DNA from: the human T2T-CHM13v2.0 reference genome, Homo sapiens
NCBI RefSeq assembly: GCF_009914755.1
Contig: NC_060934.1
DNA length: 64,000 nucleotides
Strand: one strand, 5' to 3'
Below are positions 1 through 16,929 of this stretch, one piece after another. How positions within the stretch are numbered: position 1 is the stretch's first letter; the number at the start of each line of letters is the position of its first letter. The translations under genes were made by a program, and so were the position numbers. The notes below the pieces were generated by a model. That model saw only the letters and a program-made list of their open reading frames with translations. It made no database searches and was not told the origin of the DNA.

Positions 1-360
1 ATCTTTAATTAAAGGCATAAACCTAAGGCAACAAGAAGACTGTGGTTGCCTCCCCAACCGAACAGTAGGAACCTACCTAGAAATCACACAAAACAGACGC
101 TTGATTTTTCGTGTAACACCTAGGCTTAGTTTGTGTTTTGTTGCACATGCCAATGGGAATCCACAGCAGCAGCATTTTAGAAGCTGGAAAGCCGATGCAG
201 TAGTGGGTACTGACTCAGTAAACCTGAGAATGCCAAATCCTAAACTGACGCTGTGAAGATGAGAACCAACTGGATTTATGCCACACAACCCTGAAAAGCC
301 TCAAAATAGGTGGCGTCAGGGCTGCAGGAGTAGAAGGGAAGTGAGGCTAAAAGAGGACTA

Positions 361-1001
<641 letters not shown>

Positions 1002-2706
1002 GAGGATTGGTTGAGAGCTAAAGTGGATTGGTAAGAAGCATGCAGATCCCTAGGCTCCCCTGGCACTGCATACCCTAGGAGAGAACCTCATTACCACCAC
1101 AACTGAAGGCTGCATGCTGGTTTTTTGCAGATGGTAAACAAGAGCCTCTGATCTGGAGGAAACCAGACACAATCGATTGAGAGCATGAATACCATACATA
1201 AAAGAAGGCGATTAAATAAATGTATGTATTGATTGTTGAATCCCCTTAACTCTCTCCTCCCACTTAGCTCCCCAAATACTGGCAGCTGAAAAAAATGAGT
1301 GAATGAAGAAGGAGGAAGCCAGGGGAGACAAAGAAACAGGATACACAACACAGGGGAAAGATGAAAAGGACTCCCCAGGATGGTGGTGAAGAGAGTTGCT
1401 AGGATGACAACTGTGCATCAAGCTTAAAACCCAGATTGGAGCGTGTGAACCAAGAGATATATATGGCATCATCTTTTTGAACTAAAAATGGCTGCGTGAA
1501 CCTGGCCCAGTGTTTATCTGTACTTGGCTTTCCTGGGTCACATGTAGATGAAGTACCGATCTCTTCTCCTTCTTGGGTCAGCTGAGGACAGTCATTCCCT
1601 CCATAGGGATGTTCTGCTCGGACCTGTTCCTGAGAGCTGGAGGTTGGTCAAGGTAAGAATAGAAGTAGGAAATATGAGGAAGATTCCTGCCTGTTGTCTA
1701 GCACCTGGCCTATACTGTCCTCTGCCAAATGTCCCGGTTGTGGTGAGCCCAGTGTTTCTCAGAACTCGCTCATTCCCTGGTCCACCGACTCCTCCAGAAG
1801 GTTTTGGTAAACTGTCAGTCAAGATAAAGTCAGACGATGAGCCAGAATCATAGTCTTTTTCTGTAAATTCCTCTTTTCCACTTAACATTATTTTAATGAA
1901 ATTTATCCATGTTTATATATTTAGGTCCAGTTCATTGATTTTCTCAGCCATATAGTATTCTATTGTTTGACTACACTGCAACTTACAAATCTTCCTTTTG
2001 TTGGTTGTACTTTTAGGTTGCTTTTTTTTTTTACGTTATGAGCAGGCAAGGCTTTTAGGAATATCTTTCCACATATCTCCCCGTGAACATGTAATATTCT
2101 CTCTGGTATTTACTTAGAGGGGTACTGCTGGATTATAACATTTGTTCCTAACAATGAATATTTCCAAATTTTCCTAAGTACCTTTTACCAATTTTTACTC
2201 CCACCAGCAATGTATAAAAGCTTCTGGTGCTCTGCATTCTCACGAATACCTGGTCTTGCCAGACTTTAATTGAAGTTTGCTAGTTAAATGTGTGTAAAAT
2301 GTTTCCTCATTGTTATTTTCATTTATATGTGACCAATGAGATTGAACTTTTTTTAATGTCTATTAGCCATTCAGGTGTCGTATTATATGACTTGCCTATT
2401 CATATTTTTGGTACACTTTTCTATTTTGTTATTCAATGTTTTTCTCTAGATTTGAGAAAGTTATATATTATATATTCAAAATTTATATATTTTGAATTAT
2501 AATCCTTTATTGGTTATAGTGTTGCAGATATCTTGTCCCAGAGTATTGCCGTCTCCTTGATTTTTATTATAGTGTCTTATTTTGGGTAAACTTTTAAAAA
2601 ATTAAAATATAATAGACATAAATGGGGGTAGAAATCTTAAGGGTATAGTTCTATAAATGTTTACAAATGAATCTACCTATGTAAAAATATTATGTGCCTT
2701 TTGATG

Positions 2707-2849
2707 ATTTGTTTTGTTTTGTTTTGTTTTGTTTTGAGATTGAGTCTTGCTATTTTGCCCAGGCTGGACTTCAACTCCTGGGCTCAAGTGATCCTCTTGC
2801 TTCAGTCCCAAGTAGTTGGGATTACAGGTGTGCACCACCATGCTCAGCT
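2707..2849 (-). mobile_element. Alu monomer (FLAM)
   Basis: Single antisense arm with (GTTTT)n tail; TSD ttttgatg. Confidence 0.88.
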
Positions 2850-3236
2850 CTTTTGATGCATTTTTAACAATGTAGTTGAATGAAAGAAACTTTCCATTTA
2901 TGGTTTGTGAGTTTGTGTTTTGTTTAAGAAATTCTCCTTTATCCTAATGTCATAGACATGTTCTCTTACTTCTAAACACTTTAAATAGTTTTGGTTTTAT
3001 TTCACTTCATGGATATGGAATGGGTATATGTGTGTGTGTGCATGTGCACATGTGCATACAATTTGAAGTAGTGATCCAGTTTTTTAATACGGATTTTATT
3101 CAAGTGCTATTTATTGGCCATCATTACCCTCTGATCTACAAATCACCACTTTCATGCATCAAGATTCCATATGTGTGTGGGTCTAATTTCTGGCCACTCT
3201 ATTGTGTTCCATGGATCTCCTTGTCTGGCTTTGTGC

Positions 3237-3863
3237 TGTGAGGGAGAAAAAGATATTCCAGGAATATCGGCCCAATAAGCTGATTTTTTTTTTGTTCTTG
3301 AGAACTGAACTAGATTATCATTTTTTTTTTCCTTTTAAAGTCTTCTCAGATCTTGTCAAAGATTCCAGGAATATCTTTTTCTCACCTATCAAAAAGTTCA
3401 TTGTTGTGACACCTATAATAAAAAACAGATTAACAAGAGAAAAGCGTACACATTTATTTAATATAAGTTTTACAGAATTGTCTTTGGAAATGAAGCCCCC
3501 CGCCCCCACTGCCCACTGCCCAACCAAAGAAACCAGAGAAACCTGTGTATTTTTATGCTTAGGTTTGATGAAGAGTGGTCAGTCTTGCAGAAGTCTGATT
3601 GGACAAAAGGGGTATGATCTAATGGTAATAAACTGGGAGGAACTTAGCAAACCCTGTCCAGATCCTTCTTGGCGACTTTGTGTCTTCAAGGGTAAAGACA
3701 GTTCTTTTCTCTGGGTATAGGGGAGGATACTTCTGGAATGAAGGTTTTATGAGCTACTTCAAGAGAGAAGGGTGAGGGAAAGGTGAGAATGACCTTCCTG
3801 CTTCTGCTGTTTCCTCAAAGGTCAAGGTGCCACATTTTAAGGTAGAATGTTCTGAACCCATCA
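3237..3863 (-). mobile_element. MER39-like solo LTR (ERV1 class) containing a ~110 bp insertion
   Basis: Reverse complement starts tgatgggttcagaacattctaccttaaaatgtggcaccttg; TG...CA termini; homologous to 32401-32910. Confidence 0.8.
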
Positions 3864-4059
3864 CTGCTAATACCCATGGCCTTAGTCGCTGTAACTTCAT
3901 CATAAAATTTGATACTGGGTAGAGCAAAATTTGTTCCCTGTTTTGTGCCATAAATTCTCAATTGTGCACAGAAGCATGAAATCATTCAAATGGTTCTATG
4001 AACTCAGGTCAATGAAGGAGAAAACGTACCCGATTTGTAGTCACAGCGTCTAGCCCAGT

Positions 4060-4190
4060 TCTGGCCTATCTGGTTATGTGACTTTGAGCAGGTCATTCTT
4101 CTGTCTGGACCTCAGCTTTGTTGTCTTAAAACATGTAAATCTGAATGGTTCCATAGGGTCCCTTCCAACTCAGAAAATCCTGACTCTATC
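4060..4190 (+). mobile_element. MIR3-like SINE fragment
   Basis: gtgactttgagcaggtca...cctcagcttt...ggtcccttccaactc matches the MIR core plus MIR3 tail. Confidence 0.7.
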
Positions 4191-4625
4191 ATACCAATTT
4201 CGTCTTATTTCTAACAATCTACCCCTATTGCCCAATAAGCCAATTTTTTTTTGTTCTTGAGAACTGAACTAGATTATCATTTTTGTTTCCTTTCAAAGTC
4301 TTCTCAGATCTTGTCAAATATCTTAAGTTCAGAAGAGAAACAACTGTCATTGATTTTTCATAAGTGTCTCATCTATTTTGTTCGTACTTTCTAAAACAAT
4401 TTGATTAACACAGAGATTTTAGTTGATCTCATTGGGACTGTAAAAATACCTCTTCCTCTTTCAGAATGGATTATTTCAAGAAGTGATTTAAATGAAAATC
4501 AGCATGTAGTTTTATCAGTCAGTTTCAACTAGACTTAGTAGAAGAAACGTTCCCATCCTTATAAAGCAAATGAGTTCTATAGTGAAATGCTATAACTAGC
4601 ATGCTTTAGGTTAAGAACTTTTTTT

Positions 4626-4943
<318 letters not shown>

Positions 4944-5100
4944 TTACATTTACAAAATGAATACTTAATTGGAGGGTCGGTATAATTATTTACACTACTG
5001 AAGGCTTAATTTTTTTTTAAAATGAGGATTCACTATGGAGTTCATTTAAAATATTATTTATTATATTGTTGAAAGTATGGCAAGACAGGTATGATGAAGT

Positions 5101-5200
5101 TAGGATTTTCTGAGTTGGAAAGGTCTTATGGGGCCAGTCAAATCTACATGTTTTAAGATGAGAAAGCTAAGGCCCAGAAAGGAGAGTGACTTATCCAAGG
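5101..5200 (-). mobile_element. MIR3-like SINE fragment
   Basis: Reverse complement is about 80% identical to 4082-4182. Confidence 0.7.
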
Positions 5201-5306
5201 ATTTAATTTAGAAGACTTTTCTGCCCAGAAATCTTTTCTGTGTGAAAAGTTGAAATTTATCTATGTGTTTTTGTTCATAATGTTAAATTACAATGTTATA
5301 TACATT

Positions 5307-5951
<645 letters not shown>

Positions 5952-6939
5952 CACACATCATACACATTATTTCACTAATTTTAAGAGTGATCAACAAAGT
6001 GAGAATCTGTGTAATGCAGAAAATAAAGAAATCTGTATTTCATTTTTATATCATAACTAAAAACTAAACTCACATTTGTTATAATGTATAATGGAACATA
6101 TAGACGTTAGCTAAAAATAAGTATGAAGAAAAATGATACCTTTTATTCATTGTCAGTTATATACCAAATTTCAGATTTTAGATGAGGAAACAAAGTCTCA
6201 TAAAAGTTAAGCAGCCTGTCCAAGGGGACCCAGGTATTTGCATTCTATTACCCCTACCTCCCACCAATGGTTCCAAAAATGACTCTTTTCAGTGCCTAGT
6301 GCAGAAGGTTCACAATGACAAATGAGGCCCCAGGGGTGAGCTCAGAAGCACAGAGCAGCTCCCCCAAAACACCAGCCTCATATCCCTTAGGAGATTTCCT
6401 AACAAAAATAGCAGACCCCACAGGTGGTTGAAGGTAGAGTTTGGGTAATTCCCCAGCATTTTAGTTATAAATACATTGTATAATGGCAGCCTGCTATGTA
6501 CCTGTGTGCACTGATGCCACTGTATTTCCTCTTGGCTTGCGATTTTATCCTTTTTTATCAGCTAGTAGAATATAGTAACATATTCGGAACTTTGATGTCT
6601 AAGATCTAGCACACTGGATTATCTGAAGCCACATCAATGCCCATTTTCAATACCTGTGTGATGAAATTTATTTAATTTAAAAAGATTGCGTCTTATAAGC
6701 CTGGTGAGTATGTTGAGTGATCCAGAGTATGCTCAGAGTGGAGAAAACTAGTCCTGGTCCTGTCCCTATTAGTTATGTCCTGAAATTTGATGATTTTTCT
6801 CCTTTGGCTGCAAGCTACAAAATTCTTAACTCCTTGCAATGTAGGATCTTTGGCTATGAAATGAAAGTGTTACACCTAGGACTCTGAAACAGTCCGTGAC
6901 TTTTATTTTATTTTATTTTATTTTTACAGAGGACTAATA

Positions 6940-7350
6940 TATGGGAATGTTTATCCCAGTATTATTCATAGCGGTGGTAGGGGTGCTGGTGGTGGAAGTA
7001 GCCTAGTGAACCATACCAGGAGAATGGCTAGGTAATTTGTGTTGGATGGTTACCATGGGGTGTCATTCAACTATTAGAAGCACCAAACTGGATGCACATA
7101 TTGCAAAGTAGACAGATCTTAAAAACATATGATATAGTGAAAGAAATAGGAACAATTGGTTCTATGGTACAATGTCATTAACATAAATTTAGAACATGCA
7201 TTTTAACACAAAGTAACAGTATGCACTTCACAAGGATAACTGGTTATTTAAATACATATATCAAAGACATCAAGTGCTACAGTTGGGGCTGGAGATAAAG
7301 GAAGAAAGGGGATGGTGATGAAAAGAAGGACCTTGCATGAACCAATAAAT
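6940..7350 (+). mobile_element. Ancient L1M 3' fragment
   Basis: Degenerate phrases gaatgtttatcccagtattattcatag and acagatcttaaaaacatatg. Confidence 0.45.
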
Positions 7351-7410
7351 ATAGGGTGCCATAAAATAAAAGATATGATTAATTCCATCCTGTGCACTTG
7401 AGGTTAAAAT

Positions 7411-7761
<351 letters not shown>

Positions 7762-7807
7762 CGAGGTTAAAATTTCAAAGTTGCTTGATCACTCAAGAAT
7801 GACCATG

Positions 7808-8230
<423 letters not shown>

Positions 8231-8254
8231 TCACTTCAACATTACTGATAAAAT

Positions 8255-8636
<382 letters not shown>

Positions 8637-8920
8637 TCAATTCATATGTGTGAACATGGGTCACATTTGAGTCTTGAAGAGCTTACAGGAAATCCACATG
8701 TGATAATAATGAAAGGTTAAATGTTCTCAGCATTGAACACTCACTAGCTTCATCATTTCTGTAGTCTTTCCTTCCTCCAGCCAGATTATTTTTGGCTTTA
8801 TTTTCTCTGGCCAGGACTGGGCTTCCTCTTCCTTTGGCTGTTGTCTTGGCTGCACATTATTGATATTTCTTTTAAAGAAGTAAATAATTCCTTCTTTGGC
8901 CACACACAATATAAACTCAA

Positions 8921-9023
8921 TCTCTCTCTCCCTCTCTCTCTTTCTCTCTCTCTCTCCCTCTCTTTCTATCTCTCTCTCCCTCTCTCTTACACACACACAC
9001 ACACGCACACACACACACACACA
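8921..9023. repeat. Compound (CT)n(CA)n microsatellite
   Basis: Directly visible. Confidence 0.97.
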
Positions 9024-9405
9024 GAGAGCTACTCCTAAAACTTCAAATAAAGCCAACCCTACAATTAGTGGTTTAGGAATGAAATTTCATACAGGGGTAA
9101 AAAGGGTGGTGTAAATCTGATGATGTGAACAAAATGTTCCAGAGAATTTCAAGTAGTTATTTACTCCATAAATAAAGAGATGGCAAGAGCCGAACTTTTT
9201 TCATATTCTTTATCAATTCTCTACTTCCATAGCCCAAATCTAAGCATTTAAATTATATTACTATATAGGGTGGATTTAATATTTTATCTGATAATCATAA
9301 ATCTCATTACAAGGAAGGGATTGAGTTTTAAGCAACTTTTTCTGTGACTACAACTTAATTATTTTTCTTCTTTGGTTGTGAGATTTTTGCCTTGATGTTT
9401 AGAGA

Positions 9406-10951
9406 CTGAAAAGATACCTGAAAATGTGGAAGCAACTTTGGAACTGGGTAACAGGCAGAGGTTGCAACAGTTTGGAGGGCTCAGAAGAAGATAGGAAAGT
9501 GTGGGAAAGTTTGGAACTTCTTAGAGACTTGTTGAATGGCTTGCCCAAAATGCTGATAGTGATAAGGACAATAAAGTCCAGGCTGAAGTGACTCAGATGG
9601 AGATGAGGAACTTGTCGGGAACTGGAGCAAAGGTGCCTCTTGTTATGTTTTAGCAGAGAGACTGGTGGCATTTTGCCCCTGCCCTAGAGATCTACAGAAC
9701 TTTGAACTTGAGAGAGATGATTTAGGGTATCTAGTGGAAGAAATTTCTAAGCAGCAAAGCATTCAAGATGTGACTTGGGTGCTGTTAAAGGCATTCAGTT
9801 TTATAAGGGAAGCAGAACATAAAAGTTCAGAAAATTTGCAGCCGGACAATTCAATAGAAAAGAAAATCCCATTTTCTGAGGCAATATTTAAGCCAGCTGC
9901 AGAAATTTGCATAAGTAATGAGGAGGTGAATGTTAATCCCCAAGACAATGGGGAAAATGTATCCAGGCTATGTCAGAGGTCTTCATGACAGCCCCTCCCA
10001 TCACAGGCCCAGAGGCCTAGGAGGAAAAAGTTCTTTTGTGGGCCAGGCCCAGAGTCCCCATGCTGTATGCAGCCTAGGGACTTGGTGCTCTGCATCCCAG
10101 CCACTCCAGCCATGGCTGAAAGGGGCCAATGTAGAGCTCAAGCCATGGCTTCAGAGGGTGCAAGCCTCAAGCCTTGGCAGCTTCCACATGATGTTGGGCC
10201 TGCCAGTGCACAGAAGTCAAGAATTGGGGTTTGGGAACCTCTGCCTAGATTTCAGAGGATGTGTGGAAACACCTGGATGTCCAGGAAGAAGTTTGCTGAA
10301 GAGGCAGGGCCCTCATGGAGAACCTCTGCTAGGGCAGTGCAGAAGAGAAATGTGGGGTTGGAGCCAACACAGAGTCCCTCCTGGGGCACTGCCTAGTGGA
10401 GCTGTAAGAAGAGGACCACTGTCCTCCAGACCCTAGAATAGTAGATCCACTGACAGCTTGCACCATGTGTCTGGAAAAGCCACAGACACTCAGTGCCAAC
10501 CCATGAAAGCAGCCGGGAGGGAGGCTGTACTCTGCAAAGCCACAAGGGCAGAGCTGCACAAGGCCATGGGAACCCACCTCTTGCATCAGCATGACCTGGA
10601 TGTGAGACATGGAGTCAAGGGAGATCATTTTGGAGCTTTAAGATTTGACTGCCCCGCCGGATTTTGGACTTGCGTGGGCCCTGTAGCCTTTTTGTTTTGG
10701 CCAATTTCTCCCAGTTGGAATAGCTGTATTTACCCAATGCCTGTACCCCCATTGTATCTAGGAAGTAACTAACTTGCTTTTGATTTTACAGACTCATAGG
10801 CGGAAGGGACTTGCCTTGTCTCAGATGAGACATTGGACTGTGGACTCTTGAGTTAATGCTGAAATGAGTTAAGACTTTGGGGGACTGTGGGGAAGGCATG
10901 ATTAGTTTTGAAATGTAAGGATATGAGATTTGGGAGGGGCCAGGGATGGAA
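9406..10951 (+). mobile_element. THE1 internal region (MaLR); 5' LTR absent
   Basis: ctgaaaagatacctgaaaatgtggaagcaactttggaactgggtaacaggcagagg is the THE1-int start region; ends in a polypurine tract gggaggggccagggatggaa. Confidence 0.93.
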
Positions 10952-11323
10952 TAATATGGTTTGACTCTGTCCCCACCCAAATCTCATCTTGAATTGTAAC
11001 TCCCACAATTCCCACATGTCATGGGAGGAACCCAGTGGGAGGTGATTGAATTTTGGGGGTGAGTCTTTCTTGTGCTGTTATCATGGTAGTGAATGAGTCT
11101 CACAAGATCTGATGGTTTTAAAAATGGGAGTTTCCCTGCACAAGCTCTCTTTTTGCCTGCTGCCACCCACTTAACATGTGACTTGCTCCTTCTTGCCTTC
11201 TGCCATGATTGTGAGGCTTACCCAGCTACATGGAACTATGAGTTCGCCATTAAACCTCTTGCCTTTGTAAATTGCCCAGTTTTGGGTATGTCTTTATCAG
11301 CAGCATGAGAACAAACTGATACA
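10952..11323 (+). mobile_element. THE1A-like LTR
   Basis: atatggtttgactctgtccccacccaaatctcatcttgaattgt ... gtatgtctttatcagcagcatgagaacaaactgataca. Confidence 0.93.
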
Positions 11324-11664
11324 GTAAGCAAATTTCAATATAGAAGTCCAAGATAATGTTTGTTGCTTAGAATGGAAAAAAAATTGAACTATAAAATTGC
11401 TATTTTTACTTATCTTTTATTAATAGGGAATGAGAAGTCAATCAGGTCACTGGACTTTCCAGTTATCCCAAAGGCCACATATTAATAATGTTATTACACT
11501 ACTATGACATTAGTAGTATTGACATCATTACCTTGGAAGAAGATACTTTTTATTTCCTGGCATTATTGAACAGAATATGTTGGTATCCCTTCTCCCATTT
11601 ATTGATGGCAGTCATCATGAATAGTGAATGGTAACCGGCCTTCATGCTGTAAGGGTTGTCAGGT

Positions 11665-12200
<536 letters not shown>

Positions 12201-12296
12201 CAAATAAAAGTAATGCACTTCAGCAAGTGTAATTGAAGTATATATATAAATGACCATAGGGTGGCTTTTATTTTAACTTATGTTGATTTCTTTTAA

Positions 12297-12676
<380 letters not shown>

Positions 12677-13290
12677 TAGCCTCACATTTTAATTAAGCTA
12701 CTGTTTCTATTTTGTGATGGCCTGGGTAATGAGAAAATCAATTATTTGAGTCATGTCTAAATTTGAATTGAATAGTTTGAAGATCTTTCTTATGAATCAT
12801 GCATATGTTCTTTAGTCCTTGGATGAGGAGGCTTCTATCTGGCTTGATCAAAAATTTCCTCTTCTTCCAATCTTTAATTATGTTCTAAATAACTAAGGTC
12901 AATTGCTAACTGCTCTCTAGGTAACAGGGTTTATCACATCTTTTATTCTGTAAAGACATTCTGCATTGAGTATCACAGTTCCCTGTCCTTTCCTCCCCAT
13001 TTATACAAATGCTTCCATGCAGCAGAAATCATTCTGGGATAGTATGGAATATGTTGGGCTAAGAGGAAGAGAAACAGCTATCATAGTGGATAATGGCTAG
13101 ATGATCCTCTCTGTATTTGGCTCTCTGTGCTGACTGCAGAGAACTGCCATAAAGTTCTGCTCACTTCTGAACTGGCAATGCTTCCTAAGTATTTTTTAAC
13201 CTAATCTGCATCTTTTCTACATGAAAGGAGGTGCTGGACTCCAATTGTGATGTGTGAAACAAGACAAGCTGTTAAAAACTCATAGAAATT

Positions 13291-13590
13291 GGCCGGGCGC
13301 AGTGGCTCACGCCTATAATCGTAGCACTCTGGGAGGCCGAGACGGGCAGATCACCTGAGGTCAGGAGTTCGACACCAGCCTGGCCAACATGGTGAAACCC
13401 TGTCTCTGCTAAAAATACAAAAATTAGCCTGATGTGGTCGAGTGCGTCTGTACTCCCAGTTCCTCCGGAGGCTGAGACAGGAGACTCGCTTGAACCCAGG
13501 AGGCAGAGGTTGCAGTGAGCTGAGATTGCACCCCAGCACCCCAGCCTGGGTGACAGAGCAAGACTCCGTCTCAAAACAAACAAACAAAAA
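13291..13590 (+). mobile_element. Alu (AluS-like)
   Basis: Full dimer; TSD aaaaactcatagaaat. Confidence 0.97.
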
Positions 13591-14079
13591 CTCATAGAAA
13601 TCATCACCAGGTTGACTCCACTCCACTCCTTTCCACTTTTCCCCTTAAAAATGTCCAATAACCAGAAAACAAACAAATCGTTCTTTTGAAATTATTCTCC
13701 TTGGCCTTGTAGCTAATGGAAAAACTGAGCTTCAGAGAAATCTTGAAGGTAGCCAAGGAGAACTTAATTTAAGTCACAGTTATAAAATTTTAAGCTGAAA
13801 GAGTTCATAAGGATTACTTAGTCCGGTCTCCATGTTTTCAGGTGAGGAAACTGAGACTGGGAAAAGTGAATTGACCTGATTTAAAAAAATCACAAAGCCA
13901 GAACTTGATATTTTCAGTGCTGATGAGGGTACAATTTTTTTGTATTTCTAAGATGGAAGGTCCATGCTCCCTGAGTGCGGAGACCATCTTATCGCCTCTG
14001 CCTCAGCAACAATACCTCTGCCTTGGCCACAATACTTACTGCGGGCTTGGAGACATGTTGTAAATTGCACCAGTTTGTT

Positions 14080-14530
14080 GTCTCTCAGTTGCAAGTGATT
14101 AAAAGACAGACAAACAAACAACAACCTCAAGAAAAGCCCAGCAGACATTCATTTAAGGAAAAGGAAAAATGTAAATGGAGTAATTATGTAATTGAGAAAT
14201 CTAGAAGGTTTGGTTTCAGGCATCCCACGGTCCAACAGCCCAAATAATATCAACAGAGCATGATTTCTCTGTCATGGATCTGTTCCACTCTCCTATTCTC
14301 GGATAGGTTCTTCCCTCATAGTTAAAAGATGGTTGCAAGCTGCTCTAGGCTCTGTATCCTCTAAGATTTAAGTCCAGTAAAAAAGAACCAATATCTCCTT
14401 CCCAGAAATCCCAGAAGTAGACTCACATCATCCTGTTGGCTCTGATTGAGACCGTGGTGCCATCCACAAAGCAATCACCGGGGCCAGGAGAAATGCGATA
14501 CATTGATTGACTTCAGCCTGAGTCACATAT
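14080..14530 (-). mobile_element. Old ERVL-class LTR (LTR33-like)
   Basis: gttgcaagtg..., ggtttcaggcat..., aagatggttgca..., caatcaccggggccagg resemble antisense LTR33. Confidence 0.5.
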
Positions 14531-14594
14531 AGTGAGAATGAGTACACAAATGATCTGAAAAAAGTTAATACACATATGTTATTTATGATTTGCT

Positions 14595-14840
14595 AACAAA
14601 TACTTTTACAGCACTTATTCTGTCAGCTTGTTCTAAGAACTTTATAAATATTAACTCATTTAATCATCTTAACAACTCATTGAGATAGGTACTATTGTTA
14701 TCCCCATTTTGGAAACGAGAAAACCAAGCCAAAGAGAGGTTATGCAATGTGCCCAAGGTCACACAGCTTGTAAGCAGCAGAGTAGCCACAATTCTAACAC
14801 AGCCAGTCTTGCTCCTGAATACCTGCCTCTTCACTGCCTG
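14595..14840 (-). mobile_element. MIR, near full length
   Basis: aactcatttaatcatcttaacaac...aggtactattgttatccccatttt...tgcccaaggtcacacagct. Confidence 0.9.
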
Positions 14841-16929
14841 AACCAAGTCATTTAATCCTCTCTCTTTCCATCTTCTTAACTACAACAGTTTACTAAAGCA
14901 GGGACTGTGATTTTTCTTCTTGTGAGGAGGCTGGTTAACAGAAAGGGGAAGTGCTTTACGAAGGTGCACTGGCAGGGCCTGAGGTAAGGGGCTGATCTTG
15001 CTCTGCATGAGTAACAATTCATTCACCGTGTCCTGGGCTTCCTTTGCAAAGATGCTTTTTGGACCCCTCTTGTAGATGTGTTCATATGCACATCATATTG
15101 CTAATTCCTGAAATGGAGAAGATTTGCCAATAAACTTCTTGGAGATGGATAACTTCTTAAATGTCAAATGAAACACTGAGCCATTAAATTGTGCTGTTTA
15201 AAATGTCAGGGAAAACCATTAGTTTTGCAGATGGAGCTTCAGTGTGGTCTGGCTTCAGGCCTGTGAAATGACTCCTGTCTTGGAGAAGAATCCTTCTTTT
15301 CTTATTTTGAAATGTTGTTATCGTTTTGTCCAGAGAGTGGTTTAAGAAGCAGTGCTGGTCTCTGAGCCCAATGTAGCAATGGGGAAATAGTGTAATTCCT
15401 CCTGTCTCCTCCAAGGCGCTTCCACTCTATACTACCCTGCTCTTCCCAAAGTCTCCATGGACAGCTAGCAACTGTCCTGCTCTCTTCCTGGCTTCCTTCT
15501 TCCCCTCACCCCAGTTGCAAACCTCTGGGTCCTTCAGAATCCATTTCCAGTTGTGTTATTTTAAGCTGTTTTCCTGCACAGCACAGCAGAGGCTGGTAAA
15601 GTAGAAGTTATACTTCAAGAGAATATCAGAGCTGAGTGATTTTGAGGGGAACAGCCCTCAGGCAAGTACCAACGAATGACCAGTGCCAGTGGCGAGTTAG
15701 ACCCTTGAGGCCTTGGGTCTATTTCTCCACACCTGTCACTTTCATCCAGGTATTGTCAGGTGATTAGGAGCCTGAAGCAAATCACCAAAAAGTAACCTGA
15801 AGTTTGAGTGCTACGTGTGGAAGTGGAGAGGAGAGGGTCTACTAACTTCCCTTGTAGAAGGAGAACTTGGAGAGGAGGAGTTAGCACTGCCTCTATGTGT
15901 TGGTGAAGCTCCAGCTTTATAAAGCACAATTTTAGTACAGTGAGCTCCTCCTCTTCCTCACTTCCTTGTTCATCATGACCCAGCTTGACCATCTCAGAAT
16001 TGTTAGGTTGTAGGAGATGACCCCCAATATGTTTCTATATCTGAAATTATATGGTATGGCTTACCACATAATTTACAAAAAACAACATTAATTTGGGGGG
16101 AGATGGATAACTGTTTTGATAGCATAGGAGACCACTATCTTGGATCTCACCAAGACTCGATATGAGTATATTATTTTACAAATTCTAGATAGTCCCATTT
16201 ATAAAGAACTCTGAATAGGGTGAGCAATGGGGCAGGGCATAGAGCCAAAAGCAGTGAACTGCTTGTCAAAAGGCTCAGTTTTTCCAACTCTAAAACCATC
16301 CAGCTGGGTAATGTTGAACAAATCAAAATCTTTCTTATCTTTTTTTCCCCTCTCTGGTGAAAAGAGGAAATAAACTAGATAATTTTTAAGATCTGCTTCC
16401 TGCTTGAAGAATCAAAGTTGTGTCTATGAAATCAGATTAAAACCATTAACAATTATTTTTTATGTCTGCAGTCTTAGAAAATTTAAATAAATATTTGTCC
16501 CTAGGTAACAGACAAGAAAACTGAGATACAGAGAGATTTATATGCCACCTAACATCAAAACCTAGAGCCCTTCTGAGAGATCATATTCCCTTGTACGATA
16601 CTTGGTCAGTGAGTCACTAACCTCCATCACACAGGCCAGGCTGGCTCTTGCAGTCCCGGGAGTAACACAGTAATGTCAGTGGGTATGAATAGTTTGAGTC
16701 TCAGATCACTCAGCTGGGAGATGATATTTAGAACGATGGCTCAAAAACAATTCTGACCAAGCAAAGCATTAGTCAGCTTGGGAAAAACTTTATGGGTTGG
16801 GAAGAACTTCTCAGGGAGGGAGAAGTAACAGTATATTCTATTCATCCCAGGAGGACCATTGCCATAAATCCGTGAGGAAAGGATTTGTTTTGGACCTACA
16901 CAGAGAAAAGGGAGGCAGTAAGGAAAAGC

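Larger units (their letters stand above)
1870..3960 (-). mobile_element. Ancient L1M (L1ME-like) 3' fragments, interrupted by a FLAM and a MER39-like LTR
   Basis: T-rich antisense L1 3'-end phrases (ttactcccaccagcaatgtat; tctattagccattcaggtgtc); L1 text resumes after the LTR at 3864. Confidence 0.7.

Noticed and set aside
3202-3720. Longest ORF in the window (172 aa)
   Set aside because: It runs across an L1 relic, the templated insertion and an antisense LTR; a chance ORF
9665-10772. Overlapping 100-168 aa ORFs
   Set aside because: They lie inside the THE1 internal region and are MaLR remnants
15756-15992. 78-aa ORF with an acidic run
   Set aside because: No recognisable homology or splice context; the acidic run derives from a CCT-rich tract
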